This document shows positions 12,201 through 23,036 of a stretch of 64,000 bases of DNA, one piece after another; position 1 is the first letter of the stretch, and each line of letters starts with the position of its first letter. Location: the NCBI GenBank assembly GCA_051294375.1, contig CM119270.1:18397267-18461266 (forward strand), read 5' to 3'. This DNA comes from Paraspadella gotoi (taxonomy: Eukaryota; Animalia; Chaetognatha). The translations under genes were made by a program, and so were the position numbers. The notes below the pieces were generated by a model. That model had not been told where the DNA came from and did no database searches. It saw only the letters and a list, made by a program, of their open reading frames with translations.

Positions 12201-14689
12201 CGGGATGAATCGGACAGATTGCCCAGAGATCCAAAGGGCGAAACGCCTTCGGAGAATTGGCGGGAATCGGCAGAGTCGGCGGCGTCGTCGAGGTGATCGA
12301 GATGGAGTCGGGGGAAGTTGCTGCGGTGCGTAGACGAGTCGGGTTTGTCTGGCAGAAAGAAAGTGAGCGTTTTACCGCATTGATCTCATTAACCCCACGG
12401 CCACCCTTATTGGTTTTTTTTTTCAAATCCGCCCTTTTTCAAACAGTTCCCCAATCTTCAAACACTCTTTCTCACAACATCTTTAGCCTTTAAAACATCT
12501 CAGCCCCTTTAAACAACCCGTAACTCACCTGCGTCAAGGCTGTCGACGCTCTGTTCGTCCAGCGAGGGATTTCCATTCCAATCTTTGGACGAAGAGCCGT
12601 CGCCGGCCTCTTTATTGAAGGAGTCTTCTTCTGCGAAGGGAGTGGGCGAGGCGCCGCGGGAACGGAGCGGGGTTGAGGCGCCGCTGCCGGCGCCGTCTTT
12701 GGCCAAATCGCCCGTCGAAGAGTCCTCGATTTCGGAAGCGACGGAGCAAAGCTCGTCTTCGATGAGGCCACTATCCTCCGCCTAACAATGAATCGCATTA
12801 TCTACATTGAACAATATATTTAGTATAACTAATCAACTAATGTAGCAGATTAATTTGTGATTAATAAGTAACACCTGCAAACTTATTCCTCCGGACGACC
12901 CGTTTCGAGAATGCCCGCCCACCGAGGGCGTGGAGATCTGCGGATTGGTGGAGGCAGCGACGTCGAACCGACTTCCGGTGTCGAAGGACGACGTCTGAAT
13001 GCCGCCCTCGACGACGAGAACGTGCAACATTTGCGGCAGAGAGGAGCGGAAGATCTGCTGCAGCAACTCGAGACTCTGAGTCACGACGTTGTGGTCGGGG
13101 AAGTCGACGAAATGCAATGAAACCTCGAGCACTTGCAGCAGGCCGCTTGTGAGCGACCTGGTGAGAAAATGTAATGTTAAACAAAACAAGACGATTGAGT
13201 GAAGAAAAAAAACAAGAACGAACAAACTTTTTCCTTTTCTTACCCGGCGACGGCGTCTTTCGCTGCCGACGCCAGCGACGCTGATTTGACGCCAAAGGAT
13301 CCTCCCTTCAGCGCGTCCTCGCCGCCGGCGTTTCTTTTCTTCTCGCAGGCGACGATTTGCGTCGTCAGATGTCGCAGCGCCAACAAGACACCGAGTAAAC
13401 GAGGAGTTTCCGACGGCGACGGCGCAGAAGGCGCCGCCGGAGAATCCGGCGTCTCTACTTGGCTTTCGAGCCGAGAATGCAGCAAGTGAGCGTTGATGGT
13501 GGGAACGACGAGCGCGAGAAGTGTGCGGAGAAGCCATGAGTAGAAGACAGTCGGTTTGCGCGAAAACTATGGCGCAATCAATCAATCAATCAAACAACTC
13601 ATCTTTATTTTGTCATCGTCATCTCACACCTGACAAATGGCGGTGAGAGAGGTGGCCGCGGTCCGACGAGTCACGGCCGACGTTGACTCCAAATTGGGCA
13701 GGAAAGTCTTGAGCATCCGTTTTATCTCCACTTCGTTGGTGAAGGCGCCGAGAAATGGGAAGATCTTGCCGATGGCGATTCCTGTTTAGGAAAAAAGAAA
13801 GGTTAATCATAAAAAAAATCATGAGAAATAACAAGCGTTACAATTAAATCACCCAAGGTCTCCTGCACAGACTCCTCAGTTCTCGCCGCGATCCGCTGCA
13901 GACAAGGCAAGAGGTTGACGATATAGGGACGACATTTGAGCGGACGGATCAAGTGACACATCTCGGCGAAACGAGAGAGCGCCGCCCGGAGAGACCGCGG
14001 GCGTCCGTTGCGTTTGATCTCTTTGTAAAGCTCAACTTGGAGTCGGCCGAGGTTGGAATCCATCAAATTCTTAAAATAATTTGAGATGGAGGGGAAAGAA
14101 GTAAGGGTGGGGGTTCAAAAAGGTAGTTAGGCCGAAGAAACTGGTTTAAGAGGTAAATCAAATAAATGAATAATAATAATAATAATGAAAAAATAGTTTG
14201 CGGTAAGCATTTCTCAAAACAACAAAATAAATTGTTTTACTACAGAGGTTCCTCAGTTGTTGTGCAGGGCCAAAAAGTTAAAACTAATAAAATTAACTGA
14301 CAAGACTTTTGACCAGAATCTATAATAACAACAACCACAATCAATCTCACCATGATCGTCCGATTGAGACATTCGTCGGCGGCGATTCGAACGTTTGAGT
14401 CAGGATCGTCGCAAAACATGACAAAGGCTTCCATGGAGAGACTGAGAGCCTTTGGGAACTCAGGCGAGTTCCTGATATTCGGACTATTGAGGCTGTCGGC
14501 GATCACTTGGCAATGCTGCACCTTTTCCCGCCGAGACAAACCCGCGCCCTCTTTCCGCTTTCCGGCGGCGACGCCGAGAATGCCGCCAACCACGCCGGAA
14601 GAGGCGCCCCCGGCGCCACCATCGTCTCCAACCGCCTCGGTCAGCTTTAATGCTTCCAACGCCTTGACGAGCTTTTCGATGCTCCCCAT
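1806..14689 (-). CDS. HTT: Huntingtin, complete, 16 exons, ~3272 aa (14689-14351, 14069-13853, 13781-13630, 13566-13244, 13157-12875, 12781-12529, 12348-12048, 11078-10650, 10560-10189, 10073-9905, 9748-8910, 8807-8533, 8429-6274, 5731-3492, 3391-3169, 3053-1806)
   Basis: N17-like start [15 protein letters not shown] and many motifs recalled from HTT: [119 protein letters not shown]. All 15 intron phases are consistent and the exons sum to 9819 nt. Confidence 0.97.
5872..6129 (+). mobile_element. 258-bp solo-LTR-like mini-element (TGTGGCG...GTTGCCATA) with 4-bp TSD ATAT, in HTT intron 13
   Basis: ATAT at 5868-5871 and 6130-6133. GC-rich island in an AT-rich intron, with the same termini as the element at 15890-16144. 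Confidence 0.8.
5994..6076 (+). ncRNA. Twister ribozyme fold, type P5 permutation
   Basis: GCTGGT(P5) TAAA GTGC(P2) GATGG TGTCGGCA(P1) T^AA ACAC(P2) GCC AGTGAC..GTCACT(P3) G CAGG TCCAAAGC CCTG(P4) A GC GCCAGC(P5). L4 CCA pairs with L1 TGG (T1 pseudoknot). Predicted cut between 6021 and 6022. Confidence 0.8.
11253..11581. mobile_element. Fold-back MITE flanked by TA, in HTT intron 7
   Basis: Long imperfect inverted arms: catagtacttaccatagaaaatg...aaagcagattcaaattcctc versus gaggaattcgaacctgctttc...cattttctatggtgagtactatg. TA on both sides. Confidence 0.75.
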
Positions 14690-15409
14690 CTTTCACAAGA
14701 TATTGGGGGAGGTCAAAGTTGGATGAAGGTAAAGAGATCAAGCCAGAGGCCGCGCCACATGTTAAGGGGCGACGCCTGATTGTTTTTCTTAACCCCAATG
14801 GCAGGAGCGCTGGACGTGTTCATAAAATTCGGGTGAAAATTGTCTCGCGACCGAACGTCTTCATTTTTCTGTTTCGACGACTAGAAAACGTAATAAAATA
14901 AAATAACAGTAAAAACATAGGCAAAGCACTAACGAGAAAATCGCCGCGGATTGAAAATAATACAACATCCGGTTTAAAGGATTTTCATCCTGGACAATAT
15001 TAATACATAGCTGAAATCAAAAAGTTTATGCGAGTATATCGGTAAAATATTAATACTTAATACTTAGGCTTACGATCATGATTTTATTTGTAATTTTATT
15101 ACGGTTACTCGGAAACCGCGAGAGTTACAATTTCTTTTAAATCCATATGCCATCTGGTTTTATTTATTTTTTATTAAATATTTAAAATTTTCAATCCAAT
15201 GAGCCTTCGACAAGTTGACTTTTTATCTTGAGACCATTTAACCTGCCTAAACTCGCGATGAAACTGGCGCTAAATTTGTTGTTTTGAATATAGAAAATTG
15301 GTAAACAAGGTCAAATTGACTGACAATTTAGTCATCACATTTTTCGACATCATAAAGCAAACTATGTCACTCACACAAATAACCAAACTAAAGCCAAAAT
15401 AAGTTTCAA

Positions 15410-17121
15410 TCACCATGTCACCCCCAACCGCTGAGCCTCTTTGAAGTTCTTGTCCGCCACGGCGTCGTCTGCCTTCACTCCACCTAACCCCTCGGCGTAG
15501 GCGTGACCCAAAAGGAACGCCGCCTCTCCGCTGCCCATTTTCGCCGCTCGACGAAGATACTTCACTCCCTTGTGCCCGACGTCGGCGACGACGCCTTCGA
15601 ACCGGCGTCCATCAAAAACGAAGGCGGCGCCGACGTGCAATAGAGCATCGACGACTCCGCCGGAAGCGGCTCGGGTCAAGCGACGGACGCCTTCTGCTAC
15701 GTCGGGCCGATCAACGCCGCGTCCGCGAAGAAGAAAAAAGCCGCAGGCGTAATCGGCTCGAAGATGGCCGGCGTCGGCCGCGCGCTTGAAGAGCTGCAGA
15801 GCGGCGGCGTCGTCTCGTGGGACGCCTTTTCCCGATGAGTAACAGAGGCCGAGATTGAAATGCCCTTTTAGGGAGAGAAAATGGAGTTGTATGGCAACAG
15901 CCGGGTTGCCTGTGATGCCCATTGGGATGGGGCATCTCACTGTTGGCTTTGGGGGCTTCCGACCCTCAGTGACGCCTCCAGTCACTGGCGCGGTTACCCT
16001 AGGACGGTCTCGCTTTGCCAACGCAGAAGGAAGTCGTTAGGACTGTGGATGGAACACTACGCCTGGGATGGTGTGTTCCCCCTCTGAGCCAATGGATTTG
16101 GCTGACGGATGGTGGACGTGAGGCGGTGTGAATATACCGCCACAGTTGATAATTAATCATTGTCGAATCAAATGAAATTAAATTCAAATCCTAATTCTTA
16201 ATAAGATAATAACATTAATTTGAATAAAACCTCGTTACCTGCGGGAGATCCTCGAGTGGCGGCGCACTGAAAAAACCACGCCGCGGCGCCGTAATCTTTG
16301 GTGCCGACGAAGTGATCGGCGACCGCGAGATCGTTGAAGGCGCCGCTGGAGAAGAGAAAGTCTAGATGATGGGGAAGGGTGGAGGGAGGGGGGAGGTTGG
16401 GCGGTGATGGGGGTACGAAACGAGGACGGGAAGCTTTCGGGAGGTTCTGAGAAAAAGGGAGGGAAGGGGACGCCGCGAACGCATTGAGGGGAAAGTCGGA
16501 TAAAGTTTTGGAGGCGGAAAAATGAGGCGAAGGGGAGACGAATTCGACACGGGGTTCCCTTGACGGAAGCCTTTCGGAGGTAACGTCTCCCGAAGCCAGG
16601 GGTGGCGGAAGTCGCTCCGCCAACGGACGCGAGAATGACGGAAGCGTCGGTTGGGTTCCAGATTCGTACCTCGGCGTCGTCGCCGTTGAAAGTTGCCTTC
16701 GAAGCCCGGTGTCGCCCAATCGCTTTTGTGGAAAAACAAAGAGCGGTCCTCCTCTCGCGCCGAACGACCAGGTGGAACACTGGGAGGTTCCGCTAAAGAT
16801 CGGAAATCCGTTGGAGGCGACAACGTCAAAGACTTCCGATTGAGAGCGGTGTTTGACCGATGGATTCAAATCAGATGCTTCCACGGGAAACCCTCTAACG
16901 AAGCATCCAATAAAAGCGTCTTCACCCAGGTCTTGAAATAGGTGAAGATGACGAGATGATGTATCTTCCAGAAGAAAAGCATCGGTGAGGGAGACGACGC
17001 CATCGTCATCTTCAGCCGATGCCGGAGGTACCAATTCCGCGCTTCCACTCGGCGCCGATTCTCGAAAATGGCCGTTACGAGCGTGACGCCAAAAGAGGCG
17101 AAAACGCTCGGCACGCCACAT
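15410..17121 (-). CDS. DELE1: DELE1-like Sel1/TPR-repeat protein with probable mitochondrial presequence; exons 17121-16239 and 15864-15410, ~445 aa
   Basis: Arg-rich N-terminus (MWRAERFRLFWRHARNGHFR), low-complexity middle, and C-terminal Sel1 repeats (AFNDLA..YGAAAWFFQCAATRGSPAG|HFNLGLCYSSGKGVPRD..KGVKYLRRAAKMGSGEAAFLLGHAYAEGLG) in the DELE1 arrangement. Phase-1 GT-AG intron. Orthology is inferred from architecture. Confidence 0.72.
15890..16144 (-). mobile_element. 255-bp solo-LTR-like mini-element (TGTGGCG...GTTGCCATA on minus) with 4-bp TSD, in the DELE1-like intron
   Basis: GTTG at 15886-15889 and 16145-16148. The first ~155 nt are nearly identical to 59490-59645 and to the reverse complement of 60899-61055. 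Confidence 0.85.
15942..16022 (-). ncRNA. Twister ribozyme fold, type P5 permutation
   Basis: GTTGGC(P5) AAA GCGA GACCG TCCTAGGG(P1) T^AA CCGC GCC AGTGAC..GTCACT(P3) G AGGG TCGGAAGC CCCC(P4) AAA GCCAAC(P5). L4 CGG pairs with L1 CCG, a compensatory change relative to the 5994 copy. Predicted cut between 15996 and 15995. Confidence 0.8.
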
Positions 17122-17691
17122 GGCGGAGGCGGTTAAAACCGAAAAGCACGTTTTTATTCTTTAGTTTTTGAAACGTTTTCTTTCTCAGTCTTATTGTAGT
17201 CTGAAAATAAGGACATAACAAAAGTTAACTAGAACAAACAAATAAAGTAATTATCAAATCGCCTTTTTGAAAGACAATCGACATTAGAGTGGAGCAATCA
17301 AGAACAAAAAAATTATTTGAATGATTGAACAAGGATATTTAGATGTGAGATAGTACGATTAACTAGTACAAAAAATATTTTGTTCATATTGTCTCGGGAT
17401 CAGAATAATAAAATATAATATATTTGTAATAATATTCTTATAAAATAGTAAATTTTAAAAATAATTTTTTTAAACTTTTAATAAAGATTCAGATTCTTCA
17501 TAAAAATTTGAACCAAAAATATAAAACATGTTATCAAAAAAGATGAAAATTCATGACTTTTTTATTCTCTGTAGTAAAAACTTATATATGTTAAAACGTC
17601 ATTTTTTGCGATCCAAACATTAAAATATCATATAACATGAAAGTTAAATAAAAAAAAATATTTTAAATTTTTTTGATTTTATAAGGATATT

Positions 17692-17922
17692 ATTTAGAGA
17701 AAAAAACAAAGTTTTTATTAGTTTTTAACGAAATTTGTTTTTTTATTGATAAACAGACATGTTTCGGCTTTAACATTCAAGCCTTCTTCAGCGTTTTCAG
17801 TTTGTGAATTCAAACTGAAAAACGCTGAAGAAGGCTTGAATGCTAAAGCTGAAACATGTCTGTTTATCAATAAAAAACAAATTTCTTTGAAAACTAATAA
17901 AAACTTTGTTTTTTCTCTAAAT
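17692..17922. mobile_element. Palindromic Penelope-like pseudo-LTR pair carrying two outward-facing hammerhead motifs
   Basis: Near-perfect ~115-bp inverted arms centred at ~17808, followed by a duplicated tail ending in (TTA)n (17915-18065). Confidence 0.7.
17820..17865 (+). ncRNA. Minimal type I hammerhead ribozyme motif (mirror copy on the minus strand at 17751-17796)
   Basis: aaacg-CTGAAGA-a-GGCTT(gaatgcta)AAGCT-GAAAC-ATGTC-tgttt, with GUC triplet and palindromic ACATGT. Confidence 0.72.
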
Positions 17923-17958
17923 CATTTACAACAAAAAAGATAGGATTATCACATAAGG

Positions 17959-17989
<31 letters not shown>

Positions 17990-18035
17990 TGCTAAAATCA
18001 TTTACAACAAAAAAGATAGGATTATCACATAAGGA

Positions 18036-18067
<32 letters not shown>

Positions 18068-18112
18068 GCTAAAAAAATTTTTAAAGGATTTAAATTTTTT
18101 TTAATTATATGT

Positions 18113-18298
18113 CCTTAGAGCAAAATGGTTTTAATTCATAACGAATTTTTATTTTCATAGCTTTGGATGCAAGCCATCTTCAGCGTCTAGAGCCGAAACA
18201 TGTACGTTTTTCTATGAAAATAAAAATTCGTTGTGAATTAAAACCATTTTGCCTCTAAATACATATAACAACGAAAAAAGAAAGGTTATTACCACTAA
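18113..18298. mobile_element. Rearranged Penelope-like pseudo-LTR (same family as 590-740) with internal inversion
   Basis: Inverted arms ~18115-18160 and ~18212-18258. The hammerhead 5' half is inverted (18161-18187) and the 3' half is forward. Confidence 0.6.
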
Positions 18299-18402
18299 TT
18301 ATATGGCCATAACATAAGCAGCAAAAAAATAATGTTCAATCGCTCAATCTTTTCATCAATCCACCCTAATCGACATTCTCATCAGTTTTTCCTCCTCACA
18401 TT

Positions 18403-21400
18403 CTACCCATCCTCCGTCGGCCCCGCCTTCTGAGTGTACAAAGAATGAAAAACCCCTTTGCTCTTTAACAAATTGGCGGGAGTGTCGAACTCGGCAATCC
18501 TGCCCGCCTCCAGCACGAGGATGCGGTCGTAGTCGATGACCGTGTTGAGCCGGTGAGCGATGGTGAGGATCGTGCAGGAGGAGAAGCGAGAGCGGATCGT
18601 CTCCTGAAGCAGAGCATCCGTCTCGTTGTCGATGGCGGCCGTGGCTTCGTCCAGCACCAGGATCTTCGAGTCCCGCAGCAGGGCGCGCGCCAGGCACAGC
18701 AGCTGCCGCTGGCCGAGGGAGAGATTCTCCCCGCCCTCCGTACATCGGTAATCGAGACCGTCGGGAAGGGTCTTGACGAAGCTGCTGAGATGCGCCGCCT
18801 CCAACGCCGCCCAGAGTCGGTCGTCGGCGAATTGTGCGAACGGATCGAGGTTGGATCGGAGCGTGCCGAGGAAGAGGACGGGGTCTTGGGGTATGATGCT
18901 GAGCCTTCCGCGAAGGGTGTGGAGGCCGAGCCCGGCGATATCCACTCCGTCGATAAGGATTCGTCCCCGGGCCAATTCGGTCAGTCGAAAAACGGCGAGG
19001 GTGAGAGAGGATTTCCCGGCGCCCGTGCGACCAACGATGCCGACCTTTTCTCCGCCCAGCACTTTTAACGAGATGCCTTTAAGCACAAGCGGCAGCCCCA
19101 TGCGATACCGCAGAGCAGCATTCTCGAAGACGATATCGCCATTTCGCGGCCAACCCGGTTCAATGCGTTCTTTGGGATTCACCCAATCAGCCTCACGCGG
19201 AGCTTGGGCATATTCGACGATCCTCTCCACGCTGACGATGTTGTTCTCGACCTCGCAGGTCATCCGTACCAACCAGTTAAGGCCCTGAGTGATCTGAATA
19301 GCGGCGGAGACGGTGAGCCCGGTGGTGGCGGGGTCTTGCTTGTCGGCCTTCGCCACGGAGAAGAGCGCCGCCAGTAAGACGACCAGGCTGCCCATCAACT
19401 CGAGACGGAGGGCCAACCAGCGGTTGATCATCATGCCCGCGTAGTAGCAGGCGACGTTGTCGTCGATGCATCGGAAAATCTTGTTGACGAAGAGAGATTC
19501 TTGACCGAAGGCGCGAATGATGGCAGAGCCCTGAAGATAGGCGTAAGTCAAAGTTTAAGTAAATAAGCTTTAACAAACAAAAATCACTAAAACGATAAAA
19601 ATATTTCTGAAAAAAAAATCTGAAAACGATCCTACTTCCATATTTTAGCCATTTTATTAAATTAAAAAAAAAAAGAAATTTGCGCGTCTGATCTCACTCG
19701 TTTTCACAAAAATAAAACAAAGAAGGATCGATATCATTGTTATTGAAAAACCATTACGTAAATATTAGAAATATTTGAAACAAAAGCGGAAAAAAGACAA
19801 AAATTCTCTCTTTCTGATAAACATGACAAATCCGATAAATCCATACTTATGAGGGTAAGGGAAATAAGAAAAAACTATCGACTTAAATCTCATTTGTAAC
19901 AAGTTTAGGCCCATATTCTTAACGATTGTTATTTTAATTAAGGAACACCGCTCATCAGACGAGCTTAATTCTGCACCTGCAACGATTCCCCGTAATGAGA
20001 ATAGATCGGTGAGCGGGAGACGCTCTCGAGTCTCTTCAGTTGACGCGAAGTTCGCAAGTAAAAGAGCTGAATGAGGAAGTAAGCGACGACGAGAAAAGGA
20101 ACGACGGTGAGAAAGAGGACGGCGCCGTAAGAGATGATGACGAAGATGCCGAGGACTCGCGCGAAGGTGAAAAGAAACTCCCGGATGAAATTGGGAAGCG
20201 TGACGTCCACCGTGTCGATGTCTTTGGAGAACCGGTTTAAGATCCTACCTTGGGGGACCAGGTCGAAAAAGTGCATCGGGCATCTGGAGACGAAGAAGGA
20301 AATTCTACTGGTTTTCGGAAGAGAATAGTGAAGAGAATAGTTTTACGCCAAGGGAAGAACAACGCACATAGGTTGGGGCTTTTTGTGATGGAGAAACGCC
20401 AAAATAATATTTTTGTTTGAACTTAAATCAAGTTCTTAAATTAAGTCTTAATTGTGCGATTATCCCGATATAAACCATTTATAACCTGATGACATTTTCC
20501 AGCAGCTGCTCGTGCAGCTTCCTCGCGGCGCGAACGTTGCCGAAGGTAAGGCAAAAAGCTGCGCCGCCCACACAAAAGGCCTCAGTGGAGACGACGGCTG
20601 CGAAGACGCCGGCACGGAATCCGAGATCGTTTGACTCGACGCCGTCGTGATTCGGCGACGAGTAATCCTTCGTCCATTCCTTGACCCAAATTTGACAAAC
20701 GATGTCGCAGACTTGTTGCGCGACGAAGAAAAAGATACCGAAGACGACGAAGGCCGGGCCGACGCCAGCCAGGTAGGCCCGAACCACCTTCATCTGGACG
20801 CGACCAACTTCGGCCTCCTCCATCATGGGCGGTGGTAGCGCCTGAGGCTGGTCGCTTAGATCCGCTTCTGTAGCGGACACGGAAGGATCCATGGACTTGG
20901 GTCGAGCGCTTGATCGGCGTTGGACGAAATTTTGAAAAGATCCCTTCTTTGGAGCAGAGAGATACTGTTGCTGCAGCTCCACCAGATTATCCTCCATTTT
21001 CGATCTCTTGGGCTCCTCGACCGCGACGGGTTTGGCATTAACTAAATCCCACAGCCTTCCCTTGGCGGCGATGAGGTCGGTATAGGTTCCGGCTTCGGCG
21101 ACGGCGCCGTCGACCATTACGTAGACGTAGTCGCATCGGGGCAAATATTCCACGTTGTGTGTCACGAAAATGCGAGTCGCCCACCCGAGCATCCCGTCAG
21201 GGCCAATGGCTTTGTCAAAGATGTGCCGCCCCACGTGGGCGTCGACGGCGCTGAGGGGAGCGTCGAGCAGCACCGTCTGATAACGGGAAAAAACCGCCCG
21301 CGCGAGGGAAACCCGCTGCTTTTGGCCGCCGCTCAACGTGACCCCCTTCTCGCCGATCAAGGTTTGGTCCCCGGAAGGGAGAAGGATTAAGTCGGGTTCT

Positions 21401-23036
21401 AAGGCGCAGCACCAAATGACGGATTCGTAGAAGGTATCGTCGAAGGGCAGGTTGAACAGGATGTTCTTCTGCAAGGTCGTGTTTTGAATCCATGGCTGCT
21501 CGGGCACGTAGGCCACGGGCGAATTCATGGCAACGTGGCCGCCCTCCCGGACGAGCCCGTCGAGAAGGGCGGCGATGAGGGAGGATTTCCCACTTCCCAA
21601 AGGTCCGACGATAGCGACGAGGGAGCCTTTACGAAAGCTCATGTTCAAGTGCTTGAGGGTTAGAGGGCCATCCCTTTAAAGAAAAGGGGGCCGATGGGTA
21701 GGGGAAGAAAAAACAATGGAATTGAAATGTTTCCTTTGCTTAAAAAATTTTAACAAAATAAATTACCACGAAGAATATAAACATGAAAAATGCCTTGAAA
21801 AAAGTTGCGTTCCTCTTCTTTCTTTCTTTAACAAAAAAAAAGTAATCAAATTATAAATGTTCTCACTTCCCTTTAATACAATTTATTAAGATGGACAATT
21901 GGACATTTTACGGACCTGTTCCAGCGAAATGAAGCGTCGACGACTCGAACCTCCTCCTCGCCGCCTTGCGCGATCGTCTTCACGTACGGCTCGATCTCTT
22001 CCGCGCGAAGGAAGCTGTTGAGCCGCTTGATAGAGACGGAGGCCTGGATGAGGTTGTTGATCGTCATCGGCACCTGCGACATCGGCTGCTGAAGGATGCC
22101 GAAGTAGACGAGGGCGACGAAGGCCGTCTCCGCATCGAGACGGTTCCGTTTGGGATCCAGACAGACGTAGGTCAAAAACGTAATCAGCGTCACCAGATTC
22201 GGCAAGCAGACGAAAATGCCGGACGTAACGGCGTTAAGAAGCCCCATCTTCCGGAGAGTCAGCATCTCTTGGGCGCGAATTGCGTTGACCTTGAGCAAAA
22301 AGGGTGGCTCCCATGCGTAGAGCTTGAGCACCTTGACCCCATTGAGCATTTCGTTGATCATCTTGATCCGCTCGTCCTTTAGCGCCATCTGCTTTATCTG
22401 CAACGCCTTTACTTTGCTGATGATGATCCCGTTGATGGGTGCGAGTACGACCATTACGCCCAGGGCAACCAAGCTCGAGGGGCCGAGCACGTCCCAAAGA
22501 AAGTAGGCGACGACGCCGATAAGCAGAGGCGCCGCCCACGTCAGGTGAAAATAATGGTGCATCTCCATGACGCGCGCGCAGTCCACCGCCATGAGGTTGA
22601 CGATTTCGCCGGAAGTCAGTGTCCGGCGCGCCGACGTGCTCAGGCGGAGACTTTTCTCGTAGACGGCGGCGATAAGAGCGGAGCGGGCGTGCATGCCCGC
22701 AATGACGCAGAAGGAGAAGTATTGCTGGAACAAGCAGGACTGTACGGCCACCGCGAGGAAGAGAAGCACCGCGTAAAAGTAACCCTTCCACGCTTCGTAA
22801 CCAGGATGATTCCCCCAGCCGCGCGAACGCCCCTCGGCCAGGCGGATCAATTGGCGGACGATGATCGGCGGGAAAAAGAGGGTGGCGTCTCGAAAGACGC
22901 GCAACACGGCCGCGCTGAGGAAGGGCCGACCGAAAGCGGCCCAAAGGGCAACGAGGAAGTAGCGCTTGTTGAAGTCGTATTCCTCGAAGACGGTAGGCTC
23001 CTCCGCTGTCTTCTTTTTCGCGGATTTTTTCTTCAT
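18403..23036 (-). CDS. ABCC/MRP-family ABC transporter (TMD1-NBD1-TMD2-NBD2); exons 23036-21916, 21673-20486, 20283-19977, 19530-18403, ~1247 aa; true start uncertain
   Basis: GEIVNLMAVD, KVLKLYAWE, Walker A GPLGSGKSS, IGEKGVTLSGGQKQRVSLARA, GRILNRFSKD, SRQLKRLESVSRSP, GRTGAGKSS, NLSLGQRQLLCLARA, LVLDEATAAID, TIAHRL. Splice phases are consistent. Confidence 0.95.

Noticed and set aside
14669-14689. N-myristoylation of HTT (MG start)
   Set aside because: Position 6 is Lys rather than the favoured Ser/Thr, and there is no other support.
1838-14726. Many plus-strand and alternative-frame ORFs over HTT (likewise over ABCC and 29.6-32.5 kb)
   Set aside because: These are shadow ORFs of GC-rich coding exons with no recognisable domains.
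15865-16021. N-terminal part of the 203-aa ORF 15410-16021 (MAKRDRPRV...)
   Set aside because: This is read-through into the intronic mini-element. The Sel1 frame joins exon 1 by canonical splice sites.
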